A DNA stretch of 40,144 nucleotides from a virus. Positions 24,311 to 32,612 of this stretch are shown one piece after another (the stretch's first letter is position 1; every line of letters begins with the position of its first letter). Under the pieces are notes generated by a model. That model was not told where the DNA came from. It was given only the letters and a program-made list of their open reading frames with translations, and ran no database searches. The stretch is from IMG/VR virus record IMGVR_UViG_3300027708_000005. One strand, 5' to 3'. The position numbers and the translations under genes are program-made.

Positions 24311-26278
24311 TTATGCTATCGCCAAGAAAATGTAAGAAGCACCACTAATATTAACAGTAGCGTTAGCGGTTGAAGTTAAAGTAAACCCTGTAGAAGCAGC
24401 GTAGCAGCCGTTGTTGCCTGTAGTTTGTGCTGCGGTACTATTTAATAAATTGTATGGACTAGAACTACTTGTAAATCCATCAGAAGAATTAAAAGCATAC
24501 CAATCTCCAGTAGAATCTGTACGCTTAATCATTACAAACCTAGCGCCACCAGTAAAGCCACAGTTAATTGTTTGAGTAGCACCTGTGCCTGTGAATGAAC
24601 CAACTTTAGATACTCCAGGGCAAGTAGCAAATAAGTAAATTACTACATTTACTCCAGTACCTTTGGTTGAACCACCAGCGCCATTACGAATTCCCGTTGG
24701 GTCTATTGTTGTTGCATTGAAATAACTTGAATAAACAAAACTTGGTAAGTAACCACCAGATGTAGTGTTTATTGAAAGATTGCGAATATTTCCAGCATCA
24801 TTTACAGCACCCATCCAGTTACTTCCTGAATTTCTAGTTTTAACAAATATTAATTCGGGTGTTACACCTAAATTATGCGTAACTGGAGTGCCGTTAATAA
24901 AATCTGGTGAACAAACCTCATCAAAAAATCCTGGTCTGCGAGAAAAATTGTAACTGCTATACGGTCTTCCAGGGGGGTCAGAATAATTTACATATCCAGT
25001 TGAATCTGGCCCAAGTATAACAGCAGTATTAGATGCAAAACTTGATTGTGCAGTATCTGTAACTTCAGCAGAAACTTGACTAGTAGCTAAACATTTAGAT
25101 GCGCCTCTTAATCTATCAAAAGTATTATTTACCGCTCCGTAATAAGCCATTGTTATGAATAAATCAACAGGAAAATTGGTTGTAATATTATTTGTACTGT
25201 TATTTCCAGTATAAGCTACAGGTTTAAACACAGTAGTAGCATCTGTAGGCACTTTCATTGGTCTACGGATTGCCATGTAGATGTAAGTATCACCAGAAAC
25301 ACCAAAGTTAGGGCTGTAAAAATCAAACCCTGTAGCAGTAGGAATAATTCCTTGACCACCAAAAGAATGTTCGGCGGTAGCAGTATTTGGGTTTAAATCA
25401 TAACAATTTGTTTGGCTCATTCCTCGCATAACATCAAATACATACCAACCTGAAGTACCGCTAGACATTTTTACTAAAACATATTGCGCTTCATATCCAA
25501 GATTAACCGAAACAGTGCCGCTAGTTGTTGTTAAACTACCACAACTAATCACATTGTCTGACCCTGTTGTGCCAAATCCACCAGCGTTATGGGCAAATAG
25601 GTAGGCTACATAAGTACCACCACTAGCATTTACAGTTGCATCAGTTCCAACTGTAAAAACAGAAGATGTAGGGATTGTACTATTCCAACGAGTTGTTCCT
25701 GTAGCTTTTGCTGCTGTGCTATTTAAAACAAGGTATTCAGTATTTGCTAAAGAATTGCTATAAACTTGCCAATCAGCAGTAGTGTCTGTTCTTTTAACAA
25801 TAATCATTCCTGGCACAGAACCAAGGTTGTGATTAATGTTTTGTGCTGAACCTGTACCATTATAAGTAATTACATTAAAAAACTTAGATTGTTTACGAAA
25901 TGTCCAAGAGCAATAAGTATATCCATCTTGATTAGTCCACCCACCTGTATCTGAATCATTCCCTAAAGTAAACCCATTTGAATTAAACGAATTAATTAAA
26001 GAAGTAGCTGCATAATTTGCAGCTGTTGAATTGCTGCGAAGAACATTGTTTGCGCCTCTAACAGTATCACAAAGCACATTACTTTGAGCGCCTGTAGAAC
26101 GACATTTAACCCAAGTCATTCCACCTTTACCAGCTAAATCTATGCCATTGTTTATAGTTTGCGTTGATACACCAGGGTTTCCATTACCTGTATATAAATA
26201 GGTACTAAATACATCTTCAATGTAATTGGCTGTTGTACTAGCACCACTAGCAGCGCTTAATAGGTCACGAACTGGCAT
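24311..26278 (-). CDS. Virion protein built of six tandem ~100-aa beta-sandwich-like repeats
   Basis: 655 aa. The recurring pattern F..V.Y.G.G....I.H.LG..P...IVK.R.....W.V......L.LN.T.A......F......VN.SG..Y...LFA is seen six times. Confidence 0.7.
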   Translation of the reverse strand: MPVRDLLSAASGASTTANYIEDVFSTYLYTGNGNPGVSTQTINNGIDLAGKGGMTWVKCRSTGAQSNVLCDTVRGANNVLRSNSTAANYAATSLINSFNSNGFTLGNDSDTGGWTNQDGYTYCSWTFRKQSKFFNVITYNGTGSAQNINHNLGSVPGMIIVKRTDTTADWQVYSNSLANTEYLVLNSTAAKATGTTRWNSTIPTSSVFTVGTDATVNASGGTYVAYLFAHNAGGFGTTGSDNVISCGSLTTTSGTVSVNLGYEAQYVLVKMSSGTSGWYVFDVMRGMSQTNCYDLNPNTATAEHSFGGQGIIPTATGFDFYSPNFGVSGDTYIYMAIRRPMKVPTDATTVFKPVAYTGNNSTNNITTNFPVDLFITMAYYGAVNNTFDRLRGASKCLATSQVSAEVTDTAQSSFASNTAVILGPDSTGYVNYSDPPGRPYSSYNFSRRPGFFDEVCSPDFINGTPVTHNLGVTPELIFVKTRNSGSNWMGAVNDAGNIRNLSINTTSGGYLPSFVYSSYFNATTIDPTGIRNGAGGSTKGTGVNVVIYLFATCPGVSKVGSFTGTGATQTINCGFTGGARFVMIKRTDSTGDWYAFNSSDGFTSSSSPYNLLNSTAAQTTGNNGCYAASTGFTLTSTANATVNISGASYIFLAIA

Positions 26279-26279
26279 A

Positions 26280-27251
26280 TTAAGCCATCGCCTTTCCTAG
26301 AACAAAGCCATTCCAAGTAGTGCCGCCGTCTTCAGTGAAGAAGCCTAGTACATCACGCCCTGAAGCAGTCAATGTAGGGGCAGTGCCACTAGCCCATTTA
26401 ACACCAGACCACCAAGTAACCGCAGAAGAACCACCATTAGTTAGGTCAAAAATTAAACTATTTACTGTGCCACTAGAGGCTGTATTGCTTACAGTAAAGG
26501 TTGTTGTTGTGCTAATTGTTTTGGTAAAGTAGTTGCCTAAAGACAAATCAATATTAGAAGCTGCAATTGCTATTTGCGTTTCTTTTACACCTGTCATAGT
26601 GGCAGCAGTTGCCAAAGCTAATACGGTGCCTGTTCCGCTAGTCGTATAACTTGTACCCCATGCAGAGCCTGTGGAATTACCAATACCCGCGCCAGGGTAA
26701 GTCATTGGGGCGGTATTTGTTACGGTAATTGAACCGCTAGTAGTAATAGGGCCACCGCTTACAGAAATACCTGTACTTGCGGTTAAATTAACTGAAGTTA
26801 CAGTGCCACTACCCCCACCACCACCTGCGGCATTAATAGTAATTGCTGTAGATCCATTGTAAGTGCTACCAGTACTAAAAGTAATATTAGTACCCGCAAT
26901 TAAGTTAGCTAAATTGCTACCTAAACTAATACCAGAAATAGTAGAGTTAAGTAAACCTGCATTAGGTATACCAGTAATATTAGTGCCAACTAATGTAGAA
27001 GGTGTGCCAAGATTAGGTGTAACTAATGTAGGGCTTGTAGCTAATACGTTATTACCTGTGCCTGTATTAGTTACACTTACTAAAACGCCGCTTGAATCTG
27101 TAGCAACGGCTTTAGAAACATCTAAAGTAGTAGCTGATACAACTAATGCCCCACTTGTATTTGGAATTGTAATAGTGTTGGTTGACGCTGTATTTGGGCC
27201 ACTAATTGTAGTTGACCCGCCAAGCGCCGCATTAAAGACTAAATTACCCAT
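26280..27251 (-). CDS. Thr/Ser/Gly-rich fibre-like protein
   Basis: 323 aa. GSGTVTSVNLTASTGISVSGGPITTSGSITVTNTAP resembles repeats in the 830-aa fibre. Confidence 0.65.
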   Translation of the reverse strand: MGNLVFNAALGGSTTISGPNTASTNTITIPNTSGALVVSATTLDVSKAVATDSSGVLVSVTNTGTGNNVLATSPTLVTPNLGTPSTLVGTNITGIPNAGLLNSTISGISLGSNLANLIAGTNITFSTGSTYNGSTAITINAAGGGGGSGTVTSVNLTASTGISVSGGPITTSGSITVTNTAPMTYPGAGIGNSTGSAWGTSYTTSGTGTVLALATAATMTGVKETQIAIAASNIDLSLGNYFTKTISTTTTFTVSNTASSGTVNSLIFDLTNGGSSAVTWWSGVKWASGTAPTLTASGRDVLGFFTEDGGTTWNGFVLGKAMA

Positions 27252-27260
27252 AATGTTTCC

Positions 27261-27623
27261 TTACGCTAAAAAGCGAAGCTTATAGAGGGTTGATAAATAC
27301 AATTGAATAATATTATCAATCAATTGTTGCATTGATGTATCTGTTTTTTCACAAACATCGTATCTTGCGCTTTCAATTTCTGCAAGTTGAGATTCAAGAA
27401 ATTCAATTACATTGGTTGTTTTTTTAGCCGACATTAGGGTAATCGGGCCAATCAAATTGTGCCGTCCCTGATATGCCTCAGCGAAATCGTCTGCCGCATC
27501 AATAATACTCTCGTAAAATTTTTGCAAAGCTTTATGTTTTGCATAACTACGGGTGTTTAAATGAACTGAATGAGTTACATCACGAGCTAAGAATAAAATT
27601 CCTACAAAATCAGCGGCTTTCAT
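27261..27623 (-). CDS. Four-helix-bundle protein with a faint Dps/ferritin-like pattern (hypothetical)
   Basis: 120 aa. THSVHLNTRSYAKHKALQKFYESIIDAADDFAEAYQGR loosely parallels the Dps pattern HW...G..F..LH..f.e.y.e....D.iAER. The start overlaps the portal stop. Confidence 0.3.
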   Translation of the reverse strand: MKAADFVGILFLARDVTHSVHLNTRSYAKHKALQKFYESIIDAADDFAEAYQGRHNLIGPITLMSAKKTTNVIEFLESQLAEIESARYDVCEKTDTSMQQLIDNIIQLYLSTLYKLRFLA

Positions 27624-29842
27624 TGTGGCATTCCTTGTGGTGGCATTGGTTGACCTTGTGGTTGTTCCATTTGCTGTTCTTTTTGTTCTTCTTCTTGCAT
27701 ATCCATGCTAGTGTCACGTTGCATTTCGGTGACGAGATCGCCGTTTACCATCATTCCATGCACGGTTCCCATAACAATGTCTTGAATTTGCTCAGGTGAC
27801 ATAGACGCTTGAACCGCAGCCAAACGCTTAGTTTCAGCGTCAAATAACTTGATTTGCGCTTCAAAATCTTTGCGTTCTAGGTCTTGCATTTCAATTGAAT
27901 GACCGACATTTTGAAGCATAGAGTGCATACCTTCCATCTCTTTGCCCATTGCTTCAATTTGCTGTTGAGCAGCTTGCAATGCAGGATCTTCGTCAGTATC
28001 AGCCATTAATTTAGGATCAATGGTTTTTTCTAAGCGTTTAGCCATTTCTTGTGCGCCAGGCCAATCCATATTTTTAACAAATAAGTCGCCAGCCACTTTC
28101 CATAGCTCTGGGTTGCCTTGCAAAATCTGAGCCATAGCTTCAAGCGCTTCTTGACGTTTAGTCATATAGCCTGGGCCTGTAGTAGCCACAACGTCATAAA
28201 TACCAACGCTAGGGTTATAAACTTTTTCAATCACAATGCCTTGTTGATCGACAATTTTTTTAACTGGTTCGGGTTGGTCAGGATTAATCTTAACCATAGA
28301 CACTTCACCATCTACACCTACAATGCGAGCAATACGCTCGGTATCGTAAATTTTAGGAATAAGGTCAATTAATTGACGCGTTGCAAAGCGAATCGCTTTT
28401 GTTAAGTTGTCGCCGTAATGGAAAGTACCTACATCGCCTTGACGCTCGCGCGCAAGAATGGCTTTACCCGAACGCTCGTTGCTTGTAGCGCCTAAACTAG
28501 AATCATATTGACCAGTTGTAGATTTAATATCGTCGCTTGCACCCATTTTGGCTTGAATCAAACCAGTTTGTGCCAAAGGTGGCGGGGCGCGTTGCGGTAA
28601 TGGCAACGTAGCGCCCATACCATCGGTTACATCAGGGTTTACCTCTAAATATGGCCAATTGGTTGTGTTAGCGGTTTTCCATTGGGTTTCATAACCTTCA
28701 AATTGACCGCCATAACCGATAAATGGTGCTTTTGGAGCCAATGCAAGCATTTCTGCTTCTTGTGATACCCAATAGTTGTACATACGTTGTGCATCTTTGG
28801 CATTACGAACCAATCCAGACACAAAAATACGACCATCTACTTCAAATTCATTGCCTACAACACGGATCACAGGTATCCATTTGCCTGCCCATTCTTGTTC
28901 TTGTAGCACTTCATAGCCATTGGTTTTCATCCAAATAACTTTTTTGACATCTACCGTGCGAGATTTAATGGGTTTTAAGCCCATTTCTTTCATATTCTTA
29001 TCTTCAGGGCTACCATCGTAAAACGCTTGGTTGCCTGGGTACAAATTGAGCTTAGTTGGAACGTGTTTGTAATAGAAATACTCAACAATACGAATGGTAT
29101 CTTCATTTAGCCATTGGCTTAAAGATTCATCGCCTACACCTTGGGACAAAATGGAACTAATTGGCGCTGCATCAGGATATTGACGTTCATATTCCGCTTT
29201 TTCCATATCTTGACTGATAAAACAATACTCAGCATCACAGCCAGCAGGGTCTTGGATCATTGGATCCATGTAAACGCTAAATGCGTTACGAATACGACCT
29301 AAACGAATGTCTTGGTCAAACGAATTATCGTAACAATACTCAGTTAGAATACGAAAATACCCTTCGCCGTACGTTACTTGGTTTTCGCAAGCAGTGTCGT
29401 ACACTACATCGGCGTCAGACATATACTCAATATGCCGAACCATACCTTCAAACACTTCTGCTACTTCAATATCGCCTTTATCGTCCGCAGGGATTACTTT
29501 TCCAGAGGGTCGGTTTTGACGTTGTTCGTTCGTCACTTGACGAACGTGTTGCGGTAATTTGTTAATTGTTAGGCAAGGTCTTGCGTTAATAGTTTGTCCT
29601 TGAACAGAGCCACGCGTTGCCAATACGTCAGCAGGCCATTGCCATTGATTGTCTGGTGAACCAGCCATAAACCTTAAATCGTCAAGCTCATCTTCTCTTG
29701 ATTCAGAATACGCAGACATCGCCATCGTAAAACGATGACGCATAGTAGCTAGAACATCTGATTGTTCGTCTGGGCCTGCGGGGTTGCCGCCTACGTTGGC
29801 AACTTTGCCAACAATATTCATCGAGGTTTGGTCATACGCCAT
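27620..29842 (-). CDS. Portal protein (P22 gp1-like)
   Basis: 740 aa, close to the P22 gp1 size. Located after terL. The N-terminal pattern (DDLRFMAGSPDNQW, RPCLTINKL, VTNEQRQNRP) matches my recollection of P22-type portals. Confidence 0.8.
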   Translation of the reverse strand: MAYDQTSMNIVGKVANVGGNPAGPDEQSDVLATMRHRFTMAMSAYSESREDELDDLRFMAGSPDNQWQWPADVLATRGSVQGQTINARPCLTINKLPQHVRQVTNEQRQNRPSGKVIPADDKGDIEVAEVFEGMVRHIEYMSDADVVYDTACENQVTYGEGYFRILTEYCYDNSFDQDIRLGRIRNAFSVYMDPMIQDPAGCDAEYCFISQDMEKAEYERQYPDAAPISSILSQGVGDESLSQWLNEDTIRIVEYFYYKHVPTKLNLYPGNQAFYDGSPEDKNMKEMGLKPIKSRTVDVKKVIWMKTNGYEVLQEQEWAGKWIPVIRVVGNEFEVDGRIFVSGLVRNAKDAQRMYNYWVSQEAEMLALAPKAPFIGYGGQFEGYETQWKTANTTNWPYLEVNPDVTDGMGATLPLPQRAPPPLAQTGLIQAKMGASDDIKSTTGQYDSSLGATSNERSGKAILARERQGDVGTFHYGDNLTKAIRFATRQLIDLIPKIYDTERIARIVGVDGEVSMVKINPDQPEPVKKIVDQQGIVIEKVYNPSVGIYDVVATTGPGYMTKRQEALEAMAQILQGNPELWKVAGDLFVKNMDWPGAQEMAKRLEKTIDPKLMADTDEDPALQAAQQQIEAMGKEMEGMHSMLQNVGHSIEMQDLERKDFEAQIKLFDAETKRLAAVQASMSPEQIQDIVMGTVHGMMVNGDLVTEMQRDTSMDMQEEEQKEQQMEQPQGQPMPPQGMPQ

Positions 29843-30110
29843 TTAGTATTCCGATCACATCAGGCTCACGCATCATAAGCAGTTCCTCGCCATCGACTGT
29901 GACCTTTTGCCCGGAAAATTCACCGAATAGCACATGGTCGCCTTCTTTGACGTTCATAGGCTCAAGAAACCCTTTTGGATTTTTCTTGCCTTCACCAATT
30001 GCCACTATGATACCGCTAAATAATTTATTTTGGGGTAAAACTATTAATTGTGATAATTTTTCTATGTCTTGACGAATTAAAACACAATTACTTAGAGGTT
30101 TTAGACTCAT
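29832..30110 (-). CDS. groES: GroES / Cpn10 co-chaperonin homologue
   Basis: 92 aa. KPL..CVLIR, a mobile-loop-like segment retaining IVL, G.IVAIGEG, VKEGDHVLF and DGEELLMMRE.DVIGIL all align along E. coli GroES as recalled. Confidence 0.8.
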   Translation of the reverse strand: MSLKPLSNCVLIRQDIEKLSQLIVLPQNKLFSGIIVAIGEGKKNPKGFLEPMNVKEGDHVLFGEFSGQKVTVDGEELLMMREPDVIGILNGV

Positions 30111-30250
30111 TTTTTGGTTTTGCCTTTGTTGGCTTCTTTTTTGACAGAATAGGCGATTGCGACCGCTTGCTTGACGGGGCGACCGCTTTTGACTTCGGCT
30201 GCGACGTTTTTACGGAAAGCTTCTTTACTTCCTGACTTTTTGAGAGGCAT
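30107..30250 (-). CDS. Micro-ORF (47 aa), basic conserved-looking phage peptide
   Basis: MPLKKSGSKEAFRKNVAAEVKSGRPVKQAVAIAYSVKKEANKGKTKK. AGGAG lies 5 nt before the ATG, and the stop overlaps the groES ATG (ATGA). Confidence 0.65.
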   Translation of the reverse strand: MPLKKSGSKEAFRKNVAAEVKSGRPVKQAVAIAYSVKKEANKGKTKK

Positions 30251-30316
30251 GGTTGCTCCTGTATGTTAGGCTTTTTACGGCCAAAGTTAAAAAGTTCTAA
30301 AATTGTTTTCCACATT

Positions 30317-30472
30317 TTACTTACCTTTTTTAGCCGTCTTAGCAGATTGTTTAAAATCTTTAGCTGTCGGTGCGCCTGCGCTGCCAGGCTTTCTCATTTT
30401 CTCGCCGCTACCTGCTTTAATACGAGCTTGTTTAGCGTGTATGTTTGCGTACAGTCCTGGTTTAGTTGCCAT
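30317..30472 (-). CDS. Micro-ORF (51 aa), basic peptide
   Basis: MATKPGLYANIHAKQARIKAGSGEKMRKPGSAGAPTAKDFKQSAKTAKKGK. The ATG overlaps the terL stop (TAATG). Confidence 0.6.
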   Translation of the reverse strand: MATKPGLYANIHAKQARIKAGSGEKMRKPGSAGAPTAKDFKQSAKTAKKGK

Positions 30473-32001
30473 TATGATCCCATCCATGAGTTAATTGCTG
30501 CGCTTTGACTTTGATACGTTTGTTTTCGCATTGTACCTTTAGATTCCCGATGTGCAACAGGAAACGCAAAAGTTAGTGCAATAGCGTCTGCACTGTCTGG
30601 GCTAGATAGCCCTCGCGCCTTCATGTCTTTTTTAGACTCCAAATAGATGGCGCCTTTACTGTCCGGTTTCATCAGCGGGCTAATCAAATCCGTCTTGAGC
30701 ATCTTCTCTTTAGGGATGCTTGCGCTTTTGAGCCAATCCTTCATCTGTCCCCAAATCTGCGCTCTCATGTTGCCGTACATCATGGGGTTGCGTGACTTGT
30801 TTGCGAAGTTTACGCCTCTGATTTTGTAGCGTTGCTCTTTGAGCCGATCGACCACGCCTGCCCCTAGCCCACCTTCGTCGATTGCCACTACCGCTGGCTG
30901 ATACTGCTCAATCGCTTCAATCACATGACCCACCACCACCATCGTATCATCACCCTTGAAGCGCCTAATCTCTACGATGTCGCGCCCTTGACGCACTGCA
31001 ATAACAGTTGAGTCAGACCCAAATCGTGCAGGGTCTACACCAACAACAATCGGCGCAGAGTCATCTTGCCATTTGTCCCGTTTCATAGCGTCATCTACTA
31101 GTAAGGATGGTATAAATTGATCATCCCCTTCTGATGGAAATGAACCATACACTTCAACGTGCGCTTGGTACGAGTCAGGGCCGTATTCTTCAATAATTTG
31201 GTTGTACACGTTCTTGTCGGTGCCTTCTACATCCCTAGCATCGACTTGCCGAGATTGCCAAAAATCCCGTTTGCTACCCTCGATTGCTTCATAGAAGTAG
31301 CCTGTGTTGCGACGCGGGTTTGAGAAACAACACCAAAAACGGTTCGGTGTGTTCTCTGTAAAGAAGCCGCTTGTCACCGCCCAGATGGAGTCGTCAATAC
31401 CCGATGCTTCGTCAAACACGACCATTACGCCATCATAGTTGTGAACACCCGCGAACGCATCAGGATTCTCAGCCGACCACAGTCTGCCTTCCAAGTTCCA
31501 GTAGCGGGTGCCTTTCTTGAGGTCGCGCTCAACCAGTTCAGTCAGCCATTTGGCGGGCATCACCCGTGTTGCTGAGATTTCCCACCAGTAGGTGTTCACT
31601 GACATCGACGACCATTTAGTGATTTCAGCCCAAGTGACTGACCGAAGCTGCGACTCGGAGTTAGCGGACACAATGACTGTCGAACCAATCCTTGTAGTCA
31701 TCATCCACAAGACTAGCCAACTGACTAGTGCCGACTTGCCAATACCACGACCAGAGGCAATCGCTAGGCGCAGTACATCAAAGTCCACTTTGCCGTTGTT
31801 CTTTTTGATGTGATCTGCCAAGTCAGTCAAGACCTGGCGCTGCCACTTGCGTGGCCCAGTGAAGTGTTCTAGCGGTGTGCCAGGCTCACCCCAAGGGAAC
31901 GCAAACATCACGAACGCTAGTGGGTTGTCTTTAATGGCTGGACTCCATAGCCGCGCCATGAGTTCCATTTCATCTTGGGCGGAATAGCGGGGTTCTTGCA
32001 T
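30472..32001 (-). CDS. terL: Terminase large subunit
   Basis: 509 aa. Walker A SGRGIGKS, Walker B VMVVFDEA, nuclease-domain acidic motifs VGVDPARFG, AIDEGGLG, DSADAI. Confidence 0.92.
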   Translation of the reverse strand: MQEPRYSAQDEMELMARLWSPAIKDNPLAFVMFAFPWGEPGTPLEHFTGPRKWQRQVLTDLADHIKKNNGKVDFDVLRLAIASGRGIGKSALVSWLVLWMMTTRIGSTVIVSANSESQLRSVTWAEITKWSSMSVNTYWWEISATRVMPAKWLTELVERDLKKGTRYWNLEGRLWSAENPDAFAGVHNYDGVMVVFDEASGIDDSIWAVTSGFFTENTPNRFWCCFSNPRRNTGYFYEAIEGSKRDFWQSRQVDARDVEGTDKNVYNQIIEEYGPDSYQAHVEVYGSFPSEGDDQFIPSLLVDDAMKRDKWQDDSAPIVVGVDPARFGSDSTVIAVRQGRDIVEIRRFKGDDTMVVVGHVIEAIEQYQPAVVAIDEGGLGAGVVDRLKEQRYKIRGVNFANKSRNPMMYGNMRAQIWGQMKDWLKSASIPKEKMLKTDLISPLMKPDSKGAIYLESKKDMKARGLSSPDSADAIALTFAFPVAHRESKGTMRKQTYQSQSAAINSWMGS

Positions 32002-32453
32002 TATTTAGCGTTTGCCAGTTCTTTTGTTTGTTTGACTTCGGTATAGGTTACTTCTTGGGCATCTTCTGCCTGCGCTAACGCTACGCGTTGCTGCGCCATT
32101 TCTAGCGCTTGGTTGATGGATATATGTTGGTCTATATCAACATTGATCTGTTGCTTGGCCACCCAATCGTGTTGATTTTGCAAGATGGTTGTGGCTGCTT
32201 TGATGTCGCCTTCTAGCGCTGCGTCATGCAGCACTTTGGACATAGCCATCTCTGATTGGGCGCGAGCTTTCATTTCAGCGTATTCGACAATTGGATCAAA
32301 CTGGCACAACTGGCGGTATTCAGAAGGCAGCATTCCAACAGCGATAGCTAGGCGATCGCCTTTAAGCCCAAGACGTGCAGCTTCCATGATGGCTTCTAGC
32401 CGACCTTCTGTGGCTTTTAGCTGACGAGGTTCGTATGGAAAGCTTTGGAACAT
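32001..32453 (-). CDS. terS: Terminase small subunit (HTH type)
   Basis: 150 aa. Immediately upstream of terL and overlapping it by 1 nt. The HTH-like segment GLKGDRLAIAVGMLPSEYRQL and the following helix pattern are typical of podovirus small terminases. Confidence 0.65.
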   Translation of the reverse strand: MFQSFPYEPRQLKATEGRLEAIMEAARLGLKGDRLAIAVGMLPSEYRQLCQFDPIVEYAEMKARAQSEMAMSKVLHDAALEGDIKAATTILQNQHDWVAKQQINVDIDQHISINQALEMAQQRVALAQAEDAQEVTYTEVKQTKELANAK

Positions 32454-32612
32454 GAAGCGGATGTTATCACTTTTTAATAAAAAATAAAAATTGTTCGTGA
32501 AACCTCCGTAGTTACAACTCCAAATCGCAAGGCCCTACCCGGGGGCCTCAAATTGGAAGCTAAATTCTAGTAGGTTAGCAGCCGCTAACTTTTAGCTGGC
32601 AGCTTGTGGCTT

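Noticed and set aside
30088-30315. 75-aa Lys/Ser-rich ORF from the ORF track
   Set aside because: It has no RBS and overlaps the groES start. It lies in a third frame across two better-supported micro-ORFs that have RBS and translational-coupling signals. Most likely a frame shadow of Lys-rich coding sequence.
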